DNA from: Candidatus Lindowbacteria bacterium RIFCSPLOWO2_12_FULL_62_27
GTDB taxonomy: Bacteria; Lindowbacteria; 2-12-FULL-62-27
Assembly: GCA_001784175.1 (NCBI GenBank)
Contig: MFPR01000028.1
Coordinates: 327,614-391,613, forward strand
Length of the DNA stretch: 64,000 nt
Direction of reading: 5' to 3'
The notes below the pieces were generated by a model. It searched no databases and was not told the origin of the DNA. It saw only the letters and a list, made by a program, of their open reading frames with translations. The translations under genes and the position numbers were made by a program. The stretch's first letter is position 1. The number at the start of each line of letters is the position of its first letter. Shown one piece after another: positions 37,692-46,617 of this stretch.

Positions 37692-40084
37692 CAGAAAAGG
37701 CCGAGTTGCTCTTTCTCCACCAGCGCGTCCCGGTCATAGTCGAAGGTTTCCAGGACCCGAAGATACGCGTCGCAGAGCTTGTCACGGTAATAGTGGTAAT
37801 CCGGCGTGTGGGAGAACGGAATCCCGTCGATGTACGGCTCCACCTGCTGGGGCGTGCGGCGGCTGTTCGTGACGATCCACGAGACTTTCATGCCCGCCGG
37901 GACGTAGACGCCGAACTTCTCGGCCTTCTTCACCGCCTGCACGTGCGGCAGGCGGTCCTCGGCGCGGATCTCCTCGCCGGTTTTCTTTCTCCGCATGACC
38001 TTGTACGAACTCTCGTCCAGCGCTGTCTTCGAAATCACCAGGTCCTCCAGCTTTACGTCCCCCTCGGCCACCCGCTTGATCTCCCGGCGGCAGAGTTCCA
38101 CCGCGCCCTCGATGTCCTTCTCCATGATCCGCTCAAACAGCGCGTCGAGCGTTCTCGAAAGGAGCGGAAAACTGTCTCCCCGGCGCGTCTCGTAGCCGCG
38201 CACCACCACCTCCTGAACAGGATGCACGATCCGCCCGAAATACCGTTTCTTCATCTTGCCCAGGAAAAACGGCGACACCACTTTTTCGAACTCCAGCGTC
38301 AGCGCGCCCTGCGTGAACCGATCCGACAGTTTCTCGGCGAACCGCACGGTCCCCTCGATCGTCTGCTCGGGCGACACGACGAAAATCGAATCGGTGTCGG
38401 AATAGATGACCTTCAGGCCTTCGTCGCTCAGCTTGCTGATGATGCCCGTCGTGTAGTTCCGCGCCAGCGCCGTGATGCTCCCGCCGATGCGCCGGTCGGT
38501 GAAACGGTAGAAGCGGGACGCGAAGACGCCGTAGTGGGCGTTGGCGAGGATTTTCTGGGCGTTCTGGACGCTGTTGTAATAGCCGCGCTCCTCGGGCGAC
38601 TTGGCCGCCTTCATCTTATTCTTGCTGTCCCGCCGCGCCGTCAAGAGCCCCTTCATCACGCGCGGGAGAATCCCCTCCTTGGTCGCCGGATCGAGAAACT
38701 TCACGCCTTCCGGCGTCACGATCGTGCCCTGATCGGAAATGGTCGTGAAGCAGATGTTGTTCTGGATGATCACGCTCGGGTACAGGGACGCGAAGTCAAA
38801 CACGACGACGTTGTCGTAGAGGCCGGGGACCGGCTCATGGACGTAGCCGCCCTCGATCGCCTCGGCGTCGTCCCCGTGATGGTTGTTCGGCACCACGACC
38901 TTCTCCTTGTCGGCCGCGCGAATCAGCAGGCTGTCGATCAGGATGGAGTTACGGTCGAGCAGGCAGTCGAAGAGCGGGAGCTTGGCGACGTCGGCGATGG
39001 CCTGGTACTTTTCAAGGACCCGGATCTTCGACAGAATCTCGTGCGACAGGCGCGTGTCCTGAAGGCAGTATTCTTTGACGCGGCCCGGGTTCGTCTGCCA
39101 TTCCTCGTCCATTTTGGAAGTGTCGACGTCCAGTTTCTCCTTGCCCAAAATCAGGTGCGCCATCGCGCCCAGCGATTCGCGCTTGGGGCGCTTTTCCTTG
39201 CGCGCAAAATACCAGGAATCGGCCACCAGCCGGCCGGGAATCTCCACCGTCGTGTTCGTCCCCTTGTCCACGTATTTTTTCCCGCCGTCCTTCGCGCCGT
39301 TGCCGTCCCGGCTGTCCATGCCGCGCCGCCGGATCACGACGTCGCGGCCGTTCCGGGCCCATGCCGTCGACACGCCGTTTTGCGCGCAGCGGGCGGCGAT
39401 CAGCGGGATGTCGTAGTTGCAGATGTTGTATCCGGATACCACGTCCACATCGTCCTCGACCACGATCCGGCGGAATTTTTCCAGAATCGATTTTTCGGCG
39501 CCGTCCAGAATCTCCTCCTCGATCTTGCCCTCGAATTCCCGCACCAGACCAATGCAGATGATCTGGTTGTTCCTCAGGTTTTCGATGTCGAGCGACAGGA
39601 TCCGCAGCGGCGCAAAAAATGCGTCGACCGGCGACAGCTTCGACGCGTCGATCACGAGGTCGGTCCGATAGGGCTGTTTGGTCTTGCGCTCCTCGCCCTC
39701 GGCGCGGATGTGGCTGCCGAGGTCGTTGTCGTACAGAAACCGGCTTCGAAACACGATGTCCGCGGCCGTCGCGCCATAGCGGTCGCGGTAGACGGGCGTG
39801 TCGCCCGGCCGCGTGATGGTCACTTTGTAGGCGGTGATCGGCCGGCCTTCGCGGAACAGGGTCCGGGGCTCGAGACTGCGGACCTCGGCGTCCTTCGCCA
39901 GCGCGTCCAGCGTCGCCTGCGGCGGCTCGATCAGGTAGAAATACGGAAAGAACCCCTTGTAGAGGACCGCGATCGACTGGCCCTCCCGCGTCCGGCCAAA
40001 CATCTCGATCAGCGGAAACCGCTCCCCGTTCTCGTCGCGGTTGGTATAGGTCGCGTACAGCAATTTAAAGTCGTGCTGTTCCAT
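37691..40084 (-). CDS. polB: Family B DNA polymerase
   Basis: Exonuclease LSLDIE and GYNICNYD; polymerase FDFASLYPS, KILANAHYG, YSDTDS, KKRY; C-terminal QLGLF. Confidence 0.95.
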   Translation of the reverse strand: MEQHDFKLLYATYTNRDENGERFPLIEMFGRTREGQSIAVLYKGFFPYFYLIEPPQATLDALAKDAEVRSLEPRTLFREGRPITAYKVTITRPGDTPVYRDRYGATAADIVFRSRFLYDNDLGSHIRAEGEERKTKQPYRTDLVIDASKLSPVDAFFAPLRILSLDIENLRNNQIICIGLVREFEGKIEEEILDGAEKSILEKFRRIVVEDDVDVVSGYNICNYDIPLIAARCAQNGVSTAWARNGRDVVIRRRGMDSRDGNGAKDGGKKYVDKGTNTTVEIPGRLVADSWYFARKEKRPKRESLGAMAHLILGKEKLDVDTSKMDEEWQTNPGRVKEYCLQDTRLSHEILSKIRVLEKYQAIADVAKLPLFDCLLDRNSILIDSLLIRAADKEKVVVPNNHHGDDAEAIEGGYVHEPVPGLYDNVVVFDFASLYPSVIIQNNICFTTISDQGTIVTPEGVKFLDPATKEGILPRVMKGLLTARRDSKNKMKAAKSPEERGYYNSVQNAQKILANAHYGVFASRFYRFTDRRIGGSITALARNYTTGIISKLSDEGLKVIYSDTDSIFVVSPEQTIEGTVRFAEKLSDRFTQGALTLEFEKVVSPFFLGKMKKRYFGRIVHPVQEVVVRGYETRRGDSFPLLSRTLDALFERIMEKDIEGAVELCRREIKRVAEGDVKLEDLVISKTALDESSYKVMRRKKTGEEIRAEDRLPHVQAVKKAEKFGVYVPAGMKVSWIVTNSRRTPQQVEPYIDGIPFSHTPDYHYYRDKLCDAYLRVLETFDYDRDALVEKEQLGLF

Positions 40085-40211
40085 GCCGGCCTATTCTAAG
40101 TAATCGCGGGGCCTTGGGCAAGTGTCCGCGCTCACACGCGGATTGTAGGGAGGACAGTTGGAGGGATTAACGTGTGATCCGGTGTCTTGAGCCGGTTCGA
40201 GGTCGGAAGGA

Positions 40212-40670
40212 TCAGACACGATTGGACACCTCTGTTTTTTTATCTCCATCGAGATGTTTGACCAGCAATAGATCGGGGGCGCCTTTTCCATTCAAGACAT
40301 ATTTGTATTCATCGACGAGGGATTTGATCAGATGTATTCCGTAGCCGGATCGGATTCTATTCTTGACGGCCTCGCGGACGGCTGTGGACGATGGATACCG
40401 TTCCAGGTCGAAGGGACCGCCAACGCCTTTAATGAGGACTTGGATGCATCTATTTGTGGCTTCGATCTCGAGCGACAAAGGCCGCGCATCCCGCCGTGCG
40501 TGGCGAATGATGTTGGAACACGCCTCTTCGACTGCCAGCGTGATCTGATAGACAGCCGATGGATCGATGCGAAGCATTTGGGTATGGGCGCCGATGGCCT
40601 GCCGGACTTTCGCAAGGTTGACGAGGGCGGGAGCAATTTCCATTGTCCACCGGGAGGGAATTTCAGGCAC
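40212..40670 (-). CDS. Anti-sigma factor / RsbW-like Ser kinase (HATPase_c_2)
   Basis: ITLAVEEACSNIIRHA, GYGIHLIKSLVDE. Confidence 0.85.
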   Translation of the reverse strand: MPEIPSRWTMEIAPALVNLAKVRQAIGAHTQMLRIDPSAVYQITLAVEEACSNIIRHARRDARPLSLEIEATNRCIQVLIKGVGGPFDLERYPSSTAVREAVKNRIRSGYGIHLIKSLVDEYKYVLNGKGAPDLLLVKHLDGDKKTEVSNRV

Positions 40671-41013
40671 GGGCTTGACTACCTTCTTTCTCGTTCTTCA
40701 GGAATTCGATGATTTCCGTAATCCCCAGCATATCGAACGATTCATAAATATCCTCGGGGGCATTCATGACTTTTAGAAATCCCCCGGCGCGTTCCACGGC
40801 GCCCAGGATGACCATCAATACCCCGATGCCGGCGCTGGAAATGAAGTCAAGGTCGGCGCAGTCGAGAATGACGCGGGGTTTGCCGGAGGCAACAACGGCC
40901 AGGGCCTGTTGCTCAAATTCTGGTGCCATCGTCGAGTCGATCGATCCGTTGAGGCGGATCACCGTGATGCTGGGATCCCACGACGCCGGATTCGCGCTGA
41001 ATTTAAAGTTCAT
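40663..41013 (-). CDS. STAS anti-sigma factor antagonist
   Basis: LNGSID, LDFISSAGIGVL. Confidence 0.9.
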   Translation of the reverse strand: MNFKFSANPASWDPSITVIRLNGSIDSTMAPEFEQQALAVVASGKPRVILDCADLDFISSAGIGVLMVILGAVERAGGFLKVMNAPEDIYESFDMLGITEIIEFLKNEKEGSQARA

Positions 41014-41182
41014 CTTGAGACACCACGATGGATTCGGACCACCTCACCCCAAATTTGTGGAGGCGCCTCAGCGTTCGAGAGCGTAGAGCACGGCTTTCGC
41101 CGCCACACGTGTGCATCAAGGGCCGGCCGGGATTCTGCGCCCTGTATCGCTTGTGAATTCATCCACGCTCCTTCGTTCGCAT

Positions 41183-41680
41183 TTATTTCAATGCCTGCTC
41201 TACGGTTTCACCAAGTTTTGTCAGCTCGAACGGTTTTGTGAGAAGTTGGACGTTTGTTTTCTCGATGAATTGGCGCGCCGACGGTTCCATATCGGAGCCC
41301 GTCATCAGAATAAATTTATTGACGAGGTCGGACCGATGTTCCCGGACAAAATTGTAGAGGTCTTCGCCGGTTTTTTGCGGCATTTTGTGATCCGAAATAA
41401 TCAGGTTAAATTCTTGTTCGGTCAAATATTGGATGGCGTTATCAACCGTGGCTGCAATGAAAACACGGTATCCCTTCTGATGCAGGAAACGTCCGATGAC
41501 TTGCCGGATCGAGGGTTCATCATCCACCAGAAGGATGTCTTTTCGGACCGTCGACAACGATTGGTTATTTTTTGTCGATTGACCATTGGGTATATTGGAG
41601 ATGACTTTTTCCAACGCCTGTAGTTTTTGGTCATCTGAAAAATTTTGCTGCGGATTCGCCGTCATGCGCTGCCTCGACAA
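41183..41680 (-). CDS. Stand-alone response regulator receiver protein (start uncertain)
   Basis: ILLVDDE, SDHKMP, MTG, LTKPF. Confidence 0.82.
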   Translation of the reverse strand: MSRQRMTANPQQNFSDDQKLQALEKVISNIPNGQSTKNNQSLSTVRKDILLVDDEPSIRQVIGRFLHQKGYRVFIAATVDNAIQYLTEQEFNLIISDHKMPQKTGEDLYNFVREHRSDLVNKFILMTGSDMEPSARQFIEKTNVQLLTKPFELTKLGETVEQALK

Positions 41681-41707
41681 AAAGGGCGAGACGCCCAGAA
41701 CTTCGTC

Positions 41708-41811
41708 GTTGCCCTGGAAGGCCTAGACGGGTTCCCTTTAGGACGCCCCGCCCGTGTATAGGCAGAGCAATCCCGTCCAGGCAACAAATCGAATATGGCT
41801 TCCAGGGCAAC
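41708..41811 (-). ncRNA. Candidate structured RNA / 5' leader
   Basis: 13-bp perfect outer stem, 11-bp inner stem and two inner hairpins; wobble pairs work on the minus strand. Confidence 0.45.
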
Positions 41812-42118
41812 AAACTTTGCGGCCAATGCCGCACCGGGCGTATTGACTCATACAGCGTGAGGAAAGACAAGGTTCCCAAGGCGCGCGCGGATTTGCCCGC
41901 ATGGGCTTGCGGTTTGTGGGTTCGATGGCTGGTTCGTGGTGTAGTTGTTCGTCGACAGCGTCCGCCCTTCGTGTCAATTGGACGGCAAAATAGAGCATCG
42001 GAAATCCGCGGACGATGCCGTAGATATGGAACCGTCCCTGTTTTCGATTCAACGCGTTGTGTTGACTTTGTCATACATCCATGGGACACTGTGCATCGAG
42101 AAGGCGAAAGGCGCATGA

Positions 42119-42421
42119 ATGAACATCCTCATCACGAGAAATGCGGCCATACATATATTGAAACACGCCGTCGCCGCGCGGGAAATACGCCAGGCCGAAC
42201 GTGATCCGGCCCGCGTCGTGGTCCGGGCCGGCGGCGCGTTCTACTTTGTTTATGCCAGAACTCATTCCGGCCGTCTGCTTGCCGTCCTGATAGAGCGCCG
42301 GCCGGCCGGCCTGTTTTTGAAAACGGCGCGACCCATGGCATCGTGGGAGAAACGGCTCTACAGAGGGAAAAGGAAGATAAGGAGACACGATGAAACGGAC
42401 GAAAAAGAAGAGACTGCCTGA
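42119..42421 (+). CDS. BrnT-like toxin
   Basis: HILKHAV...VYARTHSGRLLAVLIE...KTARPMASWEKRLY matches the BrnT pattern. Confidence 0.65.
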   Translation: MNILITRNAAIHILKHAVAAREIRQAERDPARVVVRAGGAFYFVYARTHSGRLLAVLIERRPAGLFLKTARPMASWEKRLYRGKRKIRRHDETDEKEETA

Positions 42422-42662
42422 CTTCAAACCCATGACCTCCGAGGAGGCCGTTAGGTGGTTTGAGTCGCACGACACGGGCATGTATATCGACGAGGACGAC
42501 ATCATCGATCTCGACGACGACAGCAATGATGCCATGCTGAACGTCCGGATATCGCGCTCCGTCAAGCGCGTTCTCGGACGCCTTGCGGAAACACGGGGCC
42601 TCCGCGGCGCCTCAACTTACGCGCGCCAGGTCCTCACCGAGGTGGCAAAAAAGGCCGCCTGA
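42390..42662 (+). CDS. BrnA/CopG-like RHH antitoxin
   Basis: LPDF...EEAVRWFESHD; LNVRISRSVKRVLGRLA (RHH); AGGAG RBS. Confidence 0.7.
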   Translation: MKRTKKKRLPDFKPMTSEEAVRWFESHDTGMYIDEDDIIDLDDDSNDAMLNVRISRSVKRVLGRLAETRGLRGASTYARQVLTEVAKKAA

Positions 42663-42863
42663 CACCACGGCGCCGGCGAGCGGCAGGCTCCATCGTTCGT
42701 GGTTCAGTACCTCTTTCCATGTTTGTAGGGCTTGGTCCGGTTCTTGATCCGTTTCTTTTCGATTTCCGTTTCGATGTCGATCCCCAAGCCGCCACAAAGA
42801 TCAAACAGCCGGATGAACGTATGTTACTTGACTTTTCCCCCGCTTGCGACCAAAATCGCACGC

Positions 42864-43811
42864 ATGGCAGTCCATGGACCCCTCGTGATCGCCCTGGGCG
42901 GAAACGCCATCACGCGGCCCGGGCAGATCGGCACCATACCCGAGCAGTATCAGGCCACGCGTGAAACGTGCGAGCACATCGTCACCCTCATCGAGCGCGG
43001 CCACACCGTTCTCATTACGCACGGAAACGGGCCGCAGGTCGGAAACGTCCTCCGCCGCGTCGAGTGCGCGCGTGACGAAGTCTACCCGCTGCCGCTCGAC
43101 GTTTGCGTCGCCGACACCGAAGGTGGCATGGGATACATGATTCAGCAGTGCATGCAGAACGCCCTGATGAACCGGACCGTCCGCCGGTCCATCATTACCG
43201 TCATCACCCAGATGGTGGTCAGCCCCGATGACCCCGCTTTTCAGAATCCCACCAAACCCATCGGCCCCTTCATGGGCGTCGAGGAGGCGGAAGCCCGCCG
43301 CAAGATGGACCACTGGCAGGTGGTCGAAGACGCCGGCCGCGGATACCGCCGGGTGGTGCCGTCCCCGCGGCCGAAACGAATCATCGAGATCAACGCGATC
43401 CGATCGCTGATCCGGGAGCAGTGCATCGTCATCGCCTGCGGCGGCGGGGGAATTCCGGTCGTCGTGAACAGCGACGGCGACATCCGGGGCGTCGAGGGCG
43501 TCATCGACAAGGACCTCGCCAGCGCGCTTCTGGCGGGCGACATCGGCGCGCCGACGCTCATCATCTCCACGGGAACCGAGAAAGTGGCGCTCCACTACAA
43601 GAAGCCCAATCAGGTTCTCCTCGACCGGCTTTCGGCGGCCGAGGCCCGGCGCCATCTGGCCGAAGGGCATTTTCCGCCCGGCAGCATGGGCCCAAAAATA
43701 GAGGCGGCGGTCGAATTTCTCCAAAGGGGCGGGCGCGAAGTCATCATCACGACGCCGGACCAGATCGCCAACGCCCTCGACGGCAAAACCGGCACTCGCA
43801 TCTTGCCCTGA
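42864..43811 (+). CDS. arcC: Carbamate kinase
   Basis: VIALGGNA, THGNGPQVG, NPTKPIGPF, RRVVPSP, GGGGIPV, VIDKD, GSMGPK. Confidence 0.95.
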   Translation: MAVHGPLVIALGGNAITRPGQIGTIPEQYQATRETCEHIVTLIERGHTVLITHGNGPQVGNVLRRVECARDEVYPLPLDVCVADTEGGMGYMIQQCMQNALMNRTVRRSIITVITQMVVSPDDPAFQNPTKPIGPFMGVEEAEARRKMDHWQVVEDAGRGYRRVVPSPRPKRIIEINAIRSLIREQCIVIACGGGGIPVVVNSDGDIRGVEGVIDKDLASALLAGDIGAPTLIISTGTEKVALHYKKPNQVLLDRLSAAEARRHLAEGHFPPGSMGPKIEAAVEFLQRGGREVIITTPDQIANALDGKTGTRILP

Positions 43812-43822
43812 CCTCCCCCGCA

Positions 43823-45253
43823 TTGAGCAATCTCCTGCTTGGCCCGGCGACCGTCTGCACCTTCGGCGACCGGCCGCGCGTTCTGCAGAACGCGGCGGTG
43901 GTGGTGGCCGGTGGGATCATTCGGGAGGTCGGCCCCTGCAGAGATCTCGTAAAGAGATATCGTGAGTTCCAACGGTACGACACCGGCGGCGCCGTTCTCA
44001 TGCCCGGCCTCATCTGCGCCCACCATCATTTTTACAGCACCTTCGCCCGGGGCTTGGGCCCGGCCCGGACGCCCCGGAACTTTGTTGAAGTACTCAAATA
44101 CATGTGGTGGCGGCTGGACCGCAACCTGACGCTGGAGGACGTCTATTACTCGGCCCTCATTCCTCTCATCGAGTGCGTCCGGGCCGGCACGACCACCGTG
44201 ATCGACCATCACGCCTCGGCCTACGCCGTCCGCGGCAGCCTCCAAAAAATCGCCGAGGCCGTCCGGGCCGTCGGCGTTCGCGCCAATCTCTGCTACGAAG
44301 TCTCCGACCGGGACGGCCCGGACATCGCAGCGGAGGGCATCGAAGAAAACTGTGGGTTTCTGTCTTCCATGTCGAATCCAAAATCTAAAATCCAAAATCT
44401 AAAATCTAAAATCACAGGTTCTTTTGGCCTGCACGCCTCCTTCACCCTCTCGGACCGCACCCTGCGCGAGGTGGGGCGGCGGCTGGCGTCGTTCGACGCG
44501 GGCGTGCACGTACACGTGGCCGAGGACCTCGCGGACCGGCGGGCCGCGTTGAAGAAGCACGGGATGGGCGTGGTGGAACGGCTGGATCGCCTCGATCTTC
44601 TGTGCGACAAGACCCTTCTGGCCCACTGCATTCACATCACGCCGGCCGAACGCAGGATCATCGCGAGGAAAAAATGCATGGTGGCGCACAATCCGACTTC
44701 GAACATGAACAACGCCGTGGGAACCGCCAACCTTCTGGGTCTTTTGCGGGACGGGGTCCTCGTGGGCCTCGGAACGGACGGCATGCGGTCGAACATGCTG
44801 GACGAGGCCAAATTCGCGCCTCTGGCGCACAGGGCCGCGCTCCGGAACCCGGCGGCGGCCTTCCTCGAGTCGGCGGATCTTCTGGTCAAGGGCAATCCGC
44901 GCCTCGCCTCGCGGCTCTTCGGCGGCAGGCTGGGCGTGATCGAACCGGGCGCCGCGGCGGACCTCATCCGTCTCGAGTATCACCCGCCGACCCCCTTGAC
45001 CGACCAGACCTTCTATGGCCACCTGCTGTTTGGCTTGGCCAATGCCCGGGTGCTGGACACGATGGTGGCCGGCCGGTTTCTGATGAAGGGTGGCCGGCTC
45101 CGGCTCGGCGTTTCGGAACCCGACGTTGCCGAGGCGTCCCGGACCCTGGCCCAAAAATTCCGCGCGCGTTTCACCGCCGACCGTGCCCGGCCGGCGTCGG
45201 AGACGCATATCCGAGGCGCTGACCCGGCGTCCCGGAATAAAGTGATATCATGA
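43823..45253 (+). CDS. ssnA: SsnA-family putative aminohydrolase (start approximate)
   Basis: MPGLICAHHHFYS, WWRLD, DHHAS, GLHASFTLS, HVHVAE, HNPTSNMNNAVG, GTDG. Confidence 0.88.
   Translation: MSNLLLGPATVCTFGDRPRVLQNAAVVVAGGIIREVGPCRDLVKRYREFQRYDTGGAVLMPGLICAHHHFYSTFARGLGPARTPRNFVEVLKYMWWRLDRNLTLEDVYYSALIPLIECVRAGTTTVIDHHASAYAVRGSLQKIAEAVRAVGVRANLCYEVSDRDGPDIAAEGIEENCGFLSSMSNPKSKIQNLKSKITGSFGLHASFTLSDRTLREVGRRLASFDAGVHVHVAEDLADRRAALKKHGMGVVERLDRLDLLCDKTLLAHCIHITPAERRIIARKKCMVAHNPTSNMNNAVGTANLLGLLRDGVLVGLGTDGMRSNMLDEAKFAPLAHRAALRNPAAAFLESADLLVKGNPRLASRLFGGRLGVIEPGAAADLIRLEYHPPTPLTDQTFYGHLLFGLANARVLDTMVAGRFLMKGGRLRLGVSEPDVAEASRTLAQKFRARFTADRARPASETHIRGADPASRNKVIS
44375..44413 (+). repeat. Heptamer tandem repeat AATC(C/T)AA x5.5, in frame within ssnA
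   Basis: aatccaa aatctaa aatccaa aatctaa aatctaa aatc; encodes NPKSKIQNLKSKI. Confidence 0.9.
45188..45227 (+). repeat. Internally altered copy of the REP-like repeat (3' end of ssnA)
   Basis: cggccggcgtcggagacgc...gaggcgctgacccgg shares both ends with the other copies. Confidence 0.7.
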
Positions 45254-45290
45254 TATCATGATAGCTATCATGATATCATGATATCACTTT
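45239..45290. repeat. Perfect 52-bp palindrome built from TGATATCA units
   Basis: aaagtgatatcatgatatcatgatag|ctatcatgatatcatgatatcacttt. Confidence 0.95.
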
Positions 45291-45323
45291 GTGATTTCAC
45301 TTTGATGCGGAGAGGAGCCGGGC

Positions 45324-46595
45324 ATGCTGGACGCGTTGTTTGAGTCGGACCCCGAGCTGGCGAAGATGCTGGTGCGGGAGGCGGTCCGCCAGGACGACCA
45401 CTTGGAGATGATCGCGTCGGAGAATTTCGTGAGCCCGGCCGTCCTCGAGGCGGCGGGGTCGGTGCTGACCAACAAGTACGCCGAAGGGTATCCCGGCCGC
45501 CGGTATTACGGCGGCTGCGTGCACATCGACGAAGTGGAGCGGCTCGCGCTGGAGCGCGCGAAGAAGGTGTTCGGCTGCGCTTGGGCCAACGTCCAGCCCC
45601 ACTCGGGCTCCCAGGCGAACATGGCCGTCTATTTCGCGCTTCTCAATCCCGGCGACTGGATTCTCACGCAGAATCTGGCCCACGGCGGCCATCTGACGCA
45701 CGGCTCCCCGGTGAATTTCAGCGGCAAGCTATACAAGGTATTTCATTATGGCGTGTCGCCCGATACCGGCCGGCTCGATTATGATTTCATCCGCAAGCTC
45801 GCGCGGGAATACAAGCCGAAACTGATCCTGGCCGGATGGAGCGCCTATCCCCGGCAGATTGATTTTTCTGTGTTCCGAAACATCGCCGACGAGGCCGGAT
45901 CGTACCTCATGGTCGACATGGCCCATTTCGCCGGGCTCGTCGCCGCCAAACTCCATCCCGATCCCCTCCCGCACGCCCACGTCGTCACGACGACCACGCA
46001 CAAGACCCTGCGCGGGCCCCGCGCCGGGATGATCCTGTCGAACGACGAGGAGATCGGCAAAAAGATCGACAAGGCGCTTTTCCCAGGGATGCAAGGCGGG
46101 CCCCTGTGTCACATTGTCGCCGCCAAGGCCGCCGCGCTCGGCGAGGCGCTCCGTCCGGAATTCGCGGAGTACCAGAAACGGATTCTCGAAAACGCCCGCG
46201 CCTTGGCCGAAGAACTCATCGCCGGCGGCCTTACCCTGGTGTCCGGCGGCACCGACACGCACCTCGTCCTCGTCGATCTTTCGCCCCGCGGACTTTCCGG
46301 GCAGCTCCTCGAGAACGCGCTGGACGCGGCCGGCATCACCGTCAACAAAAACGCGGTGCCGTTCGACAAGCGAAAGCCGATGGATCCGAGCGGCATCCGG
46401 ATCGGCACGCCCGCCGTCACGACCCGCGGGATGGGCGCGGCGGACATGCAGAAGATCGCGCGATGGATCTTGAAAGTGGTTGAAAAGCCGGAGGACAATG
46501 CTACACTTCGATCAGTGCGAGCCGACGTGCGCGAGCTTTGCATGCGATTCCCTTTGTATCCGGATATCATACAACGATACAAGGCCAGGGTTTAG
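45324..46595 (+). CDS. glyA: Serine hydroxymethyltransferase
   Basis: [39 protein letters not shown]. Confidence 0.97.
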   Translation: MLDALFESDPELAKMLVREAVRQDDHLEMIASENFVSPAVLEAAGSVLTNKYAEGYPGRRYYGGCVHIDEVERLALERAKKVFGCAWANVQPHSGSQANMAVYFALLNPGDWILTQNLAHGGHLTHGSPVNFSGKLYKVFHYGVSPDTGRLDYDFIRKLAREYKPKLILAGWSAYPRQIDFSVFRNIADEAGSYLMVDMAHFAGLVAAKLHPDPLPHAHVVTTTTHKTLRGPRAGMILSNDEEIGKKIDKALFPGMQGGPLCHIVAAKAAALGEALRPEFAEYQKRILENARALAEELIAGGLTLVSGGTDTHLVLVDLSPRGLSGQLLENALDAAGITVNKNAVPFDKRKPMDPSGIRIGTPAVTTRGMGAADMQKIARWILKVVEKPEDNATLRSVRADVRELCMRFPLYPDIIQRYKARV

Positions 46596-46617
46596 AATAA
46601 AGGAAGGCGGGTACGAT

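Noticed and set aside
37088-40099. 1003-aa + strand ORF
   Set aside because: Antisense shadow of polB/hpnC; no motifs; typical of high-GC DNA.
41708-41811. Hairpin as 6S RNA or c-di-GMP-I riboswitch
   Set aside because: Too short and lacks the two-sided central bubble of 6S; GEMM consensus elements not found.
45239-45290. Palindrome as CRISPR repeat or intrinsic terminator
   Set aside because: Single occurrence, no spacers or cas genes; AT-rich loopless stem without a proper U-tract.
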